Assembly: GCA_051453625.1 (NCBI GenBank)
Contig: JBOZIK010000001.1
Coordinates: 37,706,064 to 37,769,784, forward strand
Length of the DNA: 63,721 bases
Direction of reading: 5' to 3'
Origin: Welwitschia mirabilis
Taxonomy: Eukaryota
The notes beneath the pieces are model-generated. The model searched no databases. It was not told where the DNA came from and worked only from the letters and a program-made list of their open reading frames with translations. This document shows, in pieces, positions 1-12,000 of the stretch (position 1 is its first letter; every line of letters starts with the position of its first letter). Both the position numbers and the translations under genes were made by a program.

Positions 1-1399
1 AGTTGTAAACACAAAGAAAGAATAAAGTGAGAAGAAAAGAGTAATAATAAACATAATAAATATGCAATGGAATGCAAAACTAGTCACTTGTCTTTCATTC
101 TTAATGTCATTCAACTACATCTTATTACTAGAAATTTCAATGAAAAATGAAAAACCAAATAAATATTTATTAACAAGTCTCAAAGTGAAGCACAAAGTCA
201 GATTGAGGCTTGAATCTTCAAGAATTACACTCTTTAATAATCATTAATCTTAGCTTATTAAGATTGAAGGAATCTAATGGAAATCTTAGTATGTTCTATA
301 CAATTGTCACTTGAAAATTGCTAAGAAAGATACATTGATTAGAAGATAACACATTTATTTGTTTATGATTATTGATACAATATATAAATGATGCATAAGT
401 GTCAACATCTAATTAAATATTAGTTATATTTTTCAAATTTTGGTTTTTCGATAGATAAATAACTTTCACTAGGATTTCACTGAGGGTGAAGTTGATGATT
501 TCTAAATTGCAACTTTAACTTCCAAAGTTTTCTTAGGTTAATCTTAGACTTCTCTCATCAAATTTTGGGTTGTTCTATTATCTTTTTCTTGAGTTTTAGA
601 TCTTTGATAAAACTTCACTCTGTCCTTGTTCATCAGAGTTTCTTTCTTCCACTTTTGCTTAGAATTCTCTCATGTTTTATTGGGAAAAACCTTACACATT
701 TCCTAAAAATGGTAAATGGTAGAAATTAAAATGAAGTGAACTTTAGTGAAGTTTTACTAAAAATTAATTATATAAAAAAAGCATCATTCCTATAGTGAAA
801 ATCATCATAACTTATCCTAAAGATCCATTATTCGATTCCCATTAAAATTTTGAATCTACACCTAAAAAACACATAAAAAATACATATGAATTATAATTTT
901 TTATCATCTAGCAATAGATCTTATTCTACAAGTTTTTAATAGGTCACTTCCATGTTTTTTGATCAAGCATTCATACAATCAAATCCAATTTCTTATTTTT
1001 CTTACTATCTAGAAGCCTCAACATTTGTGAAATTTGCTTCTTATTAAACAACCTAAATCCATTATTTAAGGGAATTGATGTAATTGTTCATTGCATGCTT
1101 TGCTAATTTACATATTGTCAAGGTGCCATTTAGTACGCATGGTATCCCTTCTTTATATAGGTTTTTAGACAGTTAGTGTAGTTTCTTAATAATTCTTGCA
1201 ACTCATTTAGTTAACAAAACAAAATAACTAATCACTTTTCCTTCTTTAATTTAATATTTAATTAAGTAATAATGATCTTAATTAAATTTTGATGTAAAGT
1301 TAGCCCCATTGAGCTCCTTAGCCCTTCTTTTTGCCTTGAGAATCAAACATGAACTCCAACTAAATACATTGGTGCTTCTTTTGGCTACATAACCAGACA

Positions 1400-1665
1400 T
1401 GAGCTTCCTTTTAGAACTTTAACTACCTATTCAATCTCTAAGGTCAAATATTAGCTTTCTTCTAGAACCTTGATGCCTTGTATGGTCTCAAATATAAGTA
1501 TTGTCTCCTTTTTAGAACCTTCACACTCTATTCACTCTCCAATGCTAAGTATTCAATCTTTTTTTCGAACCTTGATGCCCTGTGCAACCTCCAAGGTTAA
1601 TTATAGTTCCCTTCTAGAACCTTAACAATATACATAACCTTAAAGGTTAATTGCTAGCTCCCATT
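1400..1665. repeat. Degenerate ~51-bp tandem minisatellite, about 5 units
   Basis: The motif (t/c)tagaac(c/t)tt recurs near 1412, 1463, 1513, 1565 (as tcgaacctt) and 1615, with related spacer sequence. Confidence 0.55.
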
Positions 1666-3515
1666 CAAAATGTAGATGCTCAAATATAATTGCTCAAAAT
1701 TATTATCACCTTGTTTTCATGACTCTAATTTAGTTAATGCTAAAATTTTTTTTGATCTACTTTAAGATGCCCTTCATAGTGTTGGACTTAACCTGCCTAG
1801 CTTATTATCATCACTAGTTTGTGTACTTCCTTTGATATTTTTGATACACAATCATCATCCCTCTCATAAGTGATATTGTCATAATTGATCTATTATATTA
1901 AGAGATTAAAAATGCATTTGCTACATATGTTCAATGCATTTAAATCCATACATGTATAGAATGATATCTAATACAAAGCACAAATAGCAAAGGGAAATTT
2001 TGCATTAAACTTGAATTCCTTTTGGGTCCATTCTGTTAGCTATTTTTGAGCAAGTAATGGATTTGCTACACTATATTTACAAATAATTTTTCTCTATTCA
2101 CTCGTCAAAAGATTTCTCATTCATTGTTTTGCAAAGTGCAATAAAATAATGTAGAAATCTTCTTTTGCAAAGAATTGTAAAACAATATCAAAATCTTCTG
2201 CAATGCACTAAATAAAGCTGAAAGTAATATTCTGCAATACACTAAATAAAGCTGACAGTAAAATTTGGAAGATAAAGTAAAATCTTTGATTTTTGCCAAG
2301 GAACTTTATGTTAAAAAAGAAAAGGAAAAAAAAAAAGAGAAACAGGAGCATATAAAGTGGGAAAAGAGGAAAAAATAGTGACAAAATTTTGAGAAAAAAC
2401 ACATGGGAGAAAAGAAAAAACAATAGCGAACTTTTGAGTGAAAAAATGGGCAGAAAGATGGGAAACTAGTAGTAAAAGTTTGAGTAAAAAGATGCGGAAA
2501 AAGGAAAACAATAGAAAAGTTTTAAGTTGAAAACCATTCCTTTTTCATAACTGATGAAATATGTTTCCACCAAAAACACCGCGGATAATTGGATCTACTG
2601 TAAAAACTCTCTTGAATATTAGGTATTAAGTTCTTATAGCTATAGAAGTTATTTAAGAAAATGAAAAGAGAGAGCCACTAGTGAAGGCTTGATTTGAAAA
2701 ATCAAATATATATTTTAATGGCAGAAGCTAAGAGCACATAAAACGGGTAAAGATGAGTCAGCTTCCGCAGGGAACGGCGTGAAGGAAGCTTCAAGTGGCC
2801 GCATTGGCAAAAACCCACCCAAGCTCAAACACTCAAGGTATGCCAACACTCAGAAACTCTAGAAAACCCATGACAGACGGTATGACAATGGGAGAGTGAA
2901 CAAATCTCCAAAGCAAATAAGAAAGAAAAATATTGGCTTGTGGTTGTCAATGCATTTGCATTTGCGTCTGCCCTTTTCGTTGGGCAGCGATACCGTCGTT
3001 TTCAAACGAAAAATTTCATCGTCCGTTGTTGTTGTTGACCGCTTTTCTTCTACCCTCCTCCTTTTTCTTCTACTGCCCTTCACGTCATTTCAAACAACTT
3101 TCCGCAAGTTTCTCTTGCCCATTCGTTCGGTCCTTCAAAATAATCACAACCAAAACCCATGATTACGCTACACAAGGCCAGTTTGCTGTGATAATCCCCA
3201 AATTTCACCCTAGGTTAGGTGAAATCAGCACGCCGACACCTCTCCGGATGAAATTTGGGGAGCTTAGCAGTCGTTTTGGCACAATCGTCCATCCCGTCGC
3301 ATCCCGTGGCTGTATTTTTCGAATTCTTGGGGATATCTGGATCGTTCTTTGAAGTTGCAAAGACGTTGTATGTTTAAGCTGTAGGATATTATTTTCAAGT
3401 GCTTTCTGTGGATCTCGAAATGGTTGAAGGTCGATCAGTTAGTTGTATGTTTTGAAGGAAGTAGGGTAGTTTTCTAGTTCTGTTGTCCGAATTGCGTTCT
3501 TTTTTCTGGTTTGAA

Positions 3516-6067
3516 ATGGGTAATTCTTTGGGGTGCTCTGCTTCCGGAGAGAGACTTGTGTCTGCGGCGAGAGATGGAGACTTGGTTGAAGCGCGGATGT
3601 TGCTTGATTTCAATCCCTGTTTGGCAAGGTATTCTACTTTTGGCGGTCTCAATTCGCCTCTGCATTTCGCAGCCGCGAAAGGCCATAATGAGGTGAGCCT
3701 TTTGTTTAGGGTATGGATATTTTCATTATTCATTCGAGTATTTCTGCTACTTACATTTTTTCTCTTTCGGAGTTTTCCTTTGCAGATTGTAGCTTTGCTA
3801 TTGGAGCATGGGGCAGAAGTGAATTCCAGGAATTATTGTGGCCAGGTATGATATTGTATGCCTTTTCTCAGTGGCTTTGATTTCGTTCAAGTTCATGTTA
3901 ATTGCATTCAGTGATTATGTAAGGGCTGTACCATGTTTAGGTGGGATGGTAGTTAAATCATTTAAGTAAATCGCCCTGAAACATTGGCATCCAACATCGT
4001 TGCCATTTTGAATCTAAGGTCTCTCTTCTAAGGCTAACTCTGCTGGTTATTTCGGTACCGCTAAGCTTCTGGATCATATGCAGAAATGAAAGTCCCTGAT
4101 GATCACCTCCAATTAAAGCACACGATTCGTTCAGCATGTTGCTTATTTGTTTAGGACAAACGTTAAAGTTTCGTGTCTTTGTTTCTCTTCATTGGTTCTT
4201 CTCGATGGCATCAATAGATTTTGGTACCTTCGAATTATCCCATCCCAATTGGAAATCGGAGACAGTGTTTTAGTATCTTTCACATTTCATGTTCCCTTGG
4301 AAACAAAACAAAGGTAAAATGGTTTTGTTTTATTCTTCTGAGAACATGCTGATCCAATTCGAGATGTAAAGCACCTTGATTGAAATAGCTCTTTCCATCA
4401 TGGCCCAAGGTTCTAGAGAGTTGTCGTGATGTTTCTTTGCTTTCTACTGTGGACATTTCACGAGTTACGACTGATATGTAGCTAACATGGTGTTTTAACT
4501 TTTAATGCTTTGGCAGACAGCTCTGATGCAAGCTTGCAGATATGGTCATTGGGAAGTGGTGCAAACACTTCTCCTGTATAAAGCAAATGTAATTCAATCC
4601 CTGAATCATAACTTAAGAATACAATCCTACTTATTGGTTTCATTTCATATTTATGTGAAACTGCATCTTGGTTTTCAGGTGACTAGAGCAGATTATCTCA
4701 GTGCAAGGACGGCATTACATTTTGCAGCTGTGAATGGCCATACAAGGTGTATCAGGCTTGTTGTTGCAGATTTTGTTCCAAGTGTACCATACCATTTAGG
4801 CATGACATCTTCTGCCAGAAAGAGGGCTGACGTTTCTCCTGTGAAACACCGATTTGATCTGAAGTACTCATCATATAAATTTTTTATGTTGTAATAAATG
4901 GGGAGCTATTGCCCGTTAACTTTTGTGTTCTATTAGATAGGGTGATATTGCCTGTTAACATGAGTTTCCTCTCTACAGTGCACTTTCCAAGTTTGTAAAT
5001 CGAGCTGCAGATGGAGGAATCACTGCGCTTCACATGGCTGCTTTGTATGGGCATTTTGACTGTGTGCAGCTGCTGCTTGACTTAAATGCAGATGTATCAT
5101 GCGCTACGTTTCATTATGGGACATCCATGGACCTTATAGGTGGGTATATTGTCATATCTCAACGGGCGCCTAGTGTTATTTATGTTATTTCTTTTCACAG
5201 CTTGAATACATAGTATTCATCCCTCCAACTTATATTTTTCATCTTTCTATGTATCTGTGTCTTTGATAGGAGCAGGAAGTACTCCTTTACATTACGCTGC
5301 ATGTGGAGGAAATATGCAGTGTTGCCAGGTGAGTAAAGACAAGTAGCTTTTGATATTTTATTAATTTTGTATGACTGCCTTGCTAGTAGGTGTTTCCTTG
5401 GCAGTTGTTACTGTATGGCTCATAACAGCTGACATTTGCACAAAAGTGATCCGTTACTACAGTGACTCTTCTTAGCTAAAAATTTCAGCAATTGACTTTG
5501 ACTAGAAACGTCATCACAGAACGGCTTTTGTACCTTGGCTTGGGTTTAGACAGTAGATGCTCCAAGCTCATTTAGGTGTAGTTAACATATGGTGCATGGA
5601 TTCTTTGGACTCATGAAGAACTTTAAAACCTTATTAGCTATTTTGATAGCTGTCATTAGCTGTCATTTCAGGTTACATTCTTCTAGATTAACAGAAACTT
5701 GATAAAACTTTTGCTCCTGCAGATCCTTTTGGCTCGTGGTGCTAGTAGAACTGCCTTGAATTGCAATGGGTATATATATATATATCTCAACTGGGTTCAG
5801 AACTTTAGATATGCAAATATCAAAACACACCCTATTTCTCAGTATTGACAAAACATAACTGATTTAGTTAATAATCAACTTATAGTACTTTAATATGCAT
5901 CTTTTCTCAATTTCACCTTGCAGGTGGATACCTGTTGAAGTGGCAAGGATATGGGGCCGGCATTGGCTTGAACCAATACTGGCACCTAATGCAGAGTTAC
6001 AATTACCGTCTTTTCCTCCATCGAACTTTTTATCACTTCCTCTTATGAGCATACTTAATATTGCCAG
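3516..6067 (+). CDS. XBAT33: XBAT33 exons 1-8 (ankyrin-repeat half)
   Basis: Eight spliced exons from MGNSLGCS to ...[13 protein letters not shown]; donor at 6068. Confidence 0.92.
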
Positions 6068-9000
6068 GTACTTTTTATAATGATGTAGATAGATAGAAAA
6101 TGTTTGGTCAAAACTAGATGTTTCTATATCAGTATATATAGACATATATACATGTACATACATATTTACGTAATAATAAAAAAATTGTCTTTATATTGTG
6201 AAATATACATATGTAGATTCATGGCTGTGCACATAAATATGTATACCTTAATAAAAACGTTATGCTTGAAAAACAACCATATCAAGTTCTTTTGGATTTG
6301 CTATGCCAGAATTGTTAATACCAAGCATGCTACAGCTGAGCAACAGAAAAAAAGGGAAAATAAACTTTATATTGTAGTATATACACATTGTGGTGCATGA
6401 ATGAATGGATATTTGTTACATGCACATGCAAGAATGCAAATTCTTCAATCCAAACACATTTCATAAAAAGCCCAAAAGCCCAAAAGAATACTCCAATTGG
6501 GAAACAAACACTGAAACAATGTGAATATAAGGTTGATTTTGAGTCCAAGCGAGTGGACACAAAACAATTGGCATTAATACACCTGACATATGACATCAAA
6601 ACATGTGTGTGCTAGAAGTGCAAAGCCTTGCTTGGGAAGCAAATACATTGGCGAGGGGAATTCCAAGTACAAATCTGCTCTCAAGTATAAAAGTTTGTCT
6701 CTGTGGCTACAATATGCATCAAATACATTTAAAATTTATGTGTTCTATAATAAACTAGGACACATGTCCCATCACTTGATCCTGAAAAAGGCTAGATAAT
6801 ACAGCTTCTTCCAAGAGACCTTGATGCTAAGCAAGAAAGTATGCTTGAGGGAGGAATGGTTGTATGTGTGTGTGGGGGGGTGTTTGTGTGGGTGTTTATA
6901 TGTATGGAAATAATACCTTATTCCAAGTGCGATGCGAAATTGAGTTGTACAAAAGGGGAGCCACCTTCAAATGAAGACTCATGGGGCTACATACTAAGCT
7001 CCCTCAGCCCAAGTAAAGAAATATTTCCACTCTAAATAAAATACGGAAATCTTTCACTTTTCCCTTGTGCTTGGGTTGCTAGGATACATTGAAAAGAGAT
7101 TATTTTGTGCACTAAATATTCCTTCTCAATTTTTTTTAACCAATGCATTTATATTAGATCATTACTCATTATTGGTATCTCTTATGTGCATATTATTGTC
7201 AGATTCTTTAGAATTGTTGGAAGTATGGGCAAGTTACAAGTTGTGAGTTGGGGTGGATGAACTTGCCTAGACAAGTTTGTGACTTGTAGACTCATGAAAC
7301 TCATCAGACTGCCATAGATGGTGAGTTTGGCGACTCTAGTGAGTACTTTATTTACATCAACTCTATAGGGAAGATTCATTTGCAGTCGTCTCCGAGGCAT
7401 TAGAAGGCCACATGGAGAAGTTTCTCCAAAGAAACATCAAAAGAATGATGCTAATTCCATTTCAGTGGTCATCTTATTATAGTTATAACTTCCTCATAGG
7501 AATGCTTTTAACCAGTTGCAAGGTGCCTTGAAACTCTTGTTTCTGGGAAAGCAAAAAAGCACTAGAAGACCTTTTCTATTGGAAGCCAAGCTTTCACTAA
7601 AAGCCATTTTGTCAGCATTTCCTCTATACTCTATTGATATAGATATAATATCATTTAGGTTTGCTAGTTTGGAATGCAAAACAATTATGTTCTAGATATT
7701 GATATAAATCTAATAACATTTACACCTGCTAGTTTAGAATGCAAAACTGTTAAGTTATATATAGTGATACAGTTCTAATATCATACAATTGTTTGTTTCG
7801 AGTATTTTTGTTAAAGCAGTAGGTGCTTTAAAGTATTGACAGTTGAAGTCTTGAAGAGAATAATTACCAGAACTCATAAATATTTGGTTATTTCACATAT
7901 TGATTACGTTTTTGGAGTGTATAACACTTACATTTTATCTAGAAATGCTTCTTGTCCTGTTTGAATACGTTAAAATGCTTAAAACTAATGAAAGGACATG
8001 ATATTCCAAACTCTTTGGGCCTTCTTGAGTTTGCAGTGAGTTTTCTGAGTTTGGATGGTGTATCTGCATCGAGACTGCCTCCCCTGAGTTCGGTGGGGAG
8101 TCCACCTTTAACAGTTATGGTATTTATACATACATGAACACAGAACCAGAGCCTAGTTTCATTAAAGCATTCAGGCTTGTGAATCAAACATATACTTTTC
8201 AATCCAGCCCCCCAAGTACCAACAGTGTATTGGAATACTGACAAAAAACAAGTGCTGAGAAATCAAAGAAATTTGCCTGCATGGGTTTTTGGTTGGTATG
8301 CTGCGAGGAATTCTCACCGAAATATGCATTCTTGTGTTGCCTGTTTGCTGCTTGTGTTGCATTATTTTTCTAACAGGATTTCAATGAGCAATAATTTACC
8401 ATTTTGAAAATGCCTTTTGATTGCTAAGATGTTGGCATATTTTGATACTATTCTATAACATATTATACAAAATATCTTACAAGGCACCTCATGGAATATT
8501 ATCTTAACGCCTTATAGAGTATTATTTTAGGTACTTCAGAGTTCAAAAGTCTTTGTTGGAGCCAAACACATAGTATGATGCTTTATTTATTAATAAGGCA
8601 CCTGGTGTGCACAAAAACTTTATGGGCTTGTTGACAGGGGAGTGAGAGCTCCCTTAACACCACGAGCACCATTCTTAGAACTTTTTGAATTTTGCTGATG
8701 GGAAGAACAATTTTCATGTAAACTAGTGAATGCTTATGGCAATAATCTGGTTCAAGAGGAGCCGGCATCCCTACACAGACCCAGGTTGTTGTTGACAAGG
8801 AAGCACGAGCTCCCTTCACACCATGAGCATCATCCTTACAACTTTTTGAATTTTTTTGAACAGAAAACCACTTTCTTGTAAACTGTCCAAAATTCAAGGC
8901 GATAATCTGGCTTAAGGGGAACTGACATCAAGACACAAACACAAGAGCCCCTTCTGTTTTCTCTGTGGTTCATTAGATACAAGCATTTGGCTGTGGGAGA

Positions 9001-12000
9001 GCTTGTCAAGACCATCTTGAGACAGATGTGGCCATTGACACAGGAAAAGCATATTACAAAGATTACATGTAAACAGCCATATATTGCTTTGAAGCTGGAT
9101 ATTTCTAAGGCATATGATAAAATGAACTGAAGCCCCATGACTAAGATTCTTTAAAGTTATGGCTTCCTTGACGATTGCGTTAAGAAAATCCAAACTCGTT
9201 TTATGTCAAGCAACTTTAGCATTCTTACTAATGGATTTAAGACTTTTAGTTTCAATGCGGGAAATGGTCTCAGATAGGGAGACCTAATCTCTCTGTATCT
9301 GTTTATTATGGCCATGTAAGGTTTTTGCGTGTGAGCTTAGGAAGTTAAAAGATCAAGGGCTTATTAGAGGGGTATCATTACGACTTATTGTTGTCAGGAT
9401 TTAACTCATACTCAGTTCATTGGTCACGCGTTAGTGTTTAGTGAGGGGTAACATGATTCTATTGTGAATAGCAAGGAACTTCTCTATGACTATTCTCAAG
9501 CTTTAGGATTGATGATCAACCTAAACAAGAGCAGAATGTATTGCTTTAGTTTTTGTGAGGAGGTGCAGAATTTCAGTCATATTCTTGGCTGTGATATTGA
9601 CTCTTTTCCTGCCAAGTATTTAGGTGTAAATCTTTTCATCAAAAGAATGAATAAAAACCAATGGAATGAGGTTATAGACAAGATTCATCAGAGACTTCCA
9701 AGTTGGAAGGCTAAACTGTTATTTCAAGCTGGAAGATTCCAGCTCATCAGTTTTTGCTTGCGATTAGTACTCATCTATTTGATGTCAAGCCTAAATCAGT
9801 TATTGCAGCTATCGTGAAGATTGAGAGAACTTTTTTCGGGTCTATTGGTAATACTATGACTCTGCGTTCTATCACCTTACAAGATATTTGTACTAGTAAA
9901 GGGGAAGGAGGTTTGGGATATAAAGATATTTTGTCCATGAATATTGCTTTAATTGGTAAAATACTTTTGCATCTTCACACAGATTAAACCTTGTTGGATT
10001 CATATTATGAAATGTAAATAGCTTTATGGCAATTTCTATGTTGCACAAGTTCTGAGAATTATAGATTCCCCACATATTTGGAAAGGCTTTGAGAAAATCA
10101 AAGATTGCTTTTGTGGCCATTTAGGTTGGGATGCTTGTAACCTAAATTGGAATAATCAGGATATCCATAACACTCAAAAAAGTTGCATGCCAATTAGAAA
10201 TAATGGTCAGAAAGATTAGTAAAGTTAGCTTGTGGAATAATCATATTTTTACACCCAAGCAGCAGTCATTTTCTTTTGAGCTTCTTTATAACAAACTGCC
10301 TACCAAAGCTTATTTACGTGACAGGGTTATTATTGCTGATGTGACTTGTAAGTGTTGTTCTTAAGAGGAGAGTCAGGACTCAGGAGCATATTTTCCTTCA
10401 TTGTGAGAAGACAAATCCATTTACACAGTGAATTCAAGATCTAAGAGCAGGTGTACTGTTAGGAAATGGCAGAGGAATCATGGCAATATGAAGAGGAAAG
10501 TCCAGATTGCACTGCCTCTGATTTTGTTCTGTCATATTTGGAAAGCGAGAAATAAGTAGAGCTTCCAGAATAAAGAGTTCTCTATGACCTTTGTGTGGAT
10601 GCAGACTCTTAGAGATTGGAAAGTGTTAGAAAAATGCAGCAGAGCAAAAGCAAAATGCAAATATCAACACACCAGATTTACGTGGAAAACCCTAATGNNN
10701 NNNNNNNNNNNNNNNNNNNNNNNNNNNNNNNNNNNNNNNNNNNNNNNNNNNNNNNNNNNNNNNNNNNNNNNNNNNNNNNNNNNNNNNNNNNNNNNNNTAT
10801 AAAATATATAAAGTCACACTATAAAGGAATAAATAATATCAAGAGATTTGGCTTCACTTCCAACAGAAAGAACAGTGAAGCTCTGAAGTAGTTTTAAGTT
10901 TTCAAGATGACTTTTCTAGAGCTGTATTCTCCAAGGAATGAAACCTTGACTTTTTTTTGGCTTCACCTCCAGATCTGGATTTGAGTGGCATTTTGAAGCA
11001 TGCTGCTTTTTTCAAGATAATGTTGGACATGCAGAGCTATCTTCCTTCCTTTGCCGAAGCACTAAACTGCTTGGGTAAGTGGCGTGCCTTTTTAGGTCTC
11101 CATACATTCATTGAAAGCTTTAGGGTTACTTGCAGAGGGGCAACTTGTCTTAGTAAACAAAAAATACTCTGTCTCTGATTGTTTGGATCTGCCGCCGAAG
11201 GAGATAATCATGTTGATATTTCTAGTGTGCTGAGGAGAAATGAATGACCCCTTTCTCGTCTTCATCAGCCTCGGGATAGGTTGATGCTCTTTCATAATTT
11301 TATCTTCCATTTAATGCATAGGGAGACTAACTTGATGGGTATTTCTGTGGAAATGATAGCTTTCTTTAGGGTTCAGAGAATTTTAATTTTGTTGGTTATG
11401 TTCTGGAGGAAATTCGTTCGTCTGTGCAATGTTATCACTGGTGAGATGAGACATATCCAGCATGTAGGCCTTCTATTTGTAATGTTTAAGTGTTCAGAAG
11501 GAATTAAACCAGATCTCAAGCGATGGTTTGAGCTGGATTCTGCAACCCAGAAATTGTTGTGGGTTGCGGACATCCTATTAGCTCTGAAGAAGGACAAAGC
11601 AACTCAGAGGGCTTCTAATTCTGACAAAGATCAGGGTTTAAAGAATGATTCACAACCTATCTTGAATGCAGAATCTAAAGGGGGGCTACATCCGGCTGTT
11701 ACAAGCATCATGTTGACTGCAGAAGGATAGGGTTCTTGATGCTTGGGATGGTCTTTCCTGCGTTGAAGATTTCAAGCATAAGGTAGAAGACCTTTCTGTC
11801 TTGGAGAATGTTTGGTTATTCTCAACATCAGGCTAAAGAGCTCGATCCTAGTTTGTTGATGGTGTAATTTTTGATACTTCATCTCCTTTGAAACAAAAGA
11901 TGGCTGAGTCTAGTTATTTGACGCCACGTCTTCAGCCCCAAGGAGAGCTAGGCAGAAGATTGGTTGTTCTAGACCTATGGTGAGTGAGGAGAAAAGGTTG

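Noticed and set aside
1-1300. Possible retroelement or Mutator coding relic on the minus strand (EGIPC-like and CxxC-like bits)
   Set aside because: Only isolated 4-5-residue matches; no family can be supported.
2117-3352. ORF-track ORFs in the XBAT33 promoter and leader
   Set aside because: Low-complexity A-rich or CT-rich sequence, mostly non-ATG starts, no motifs.
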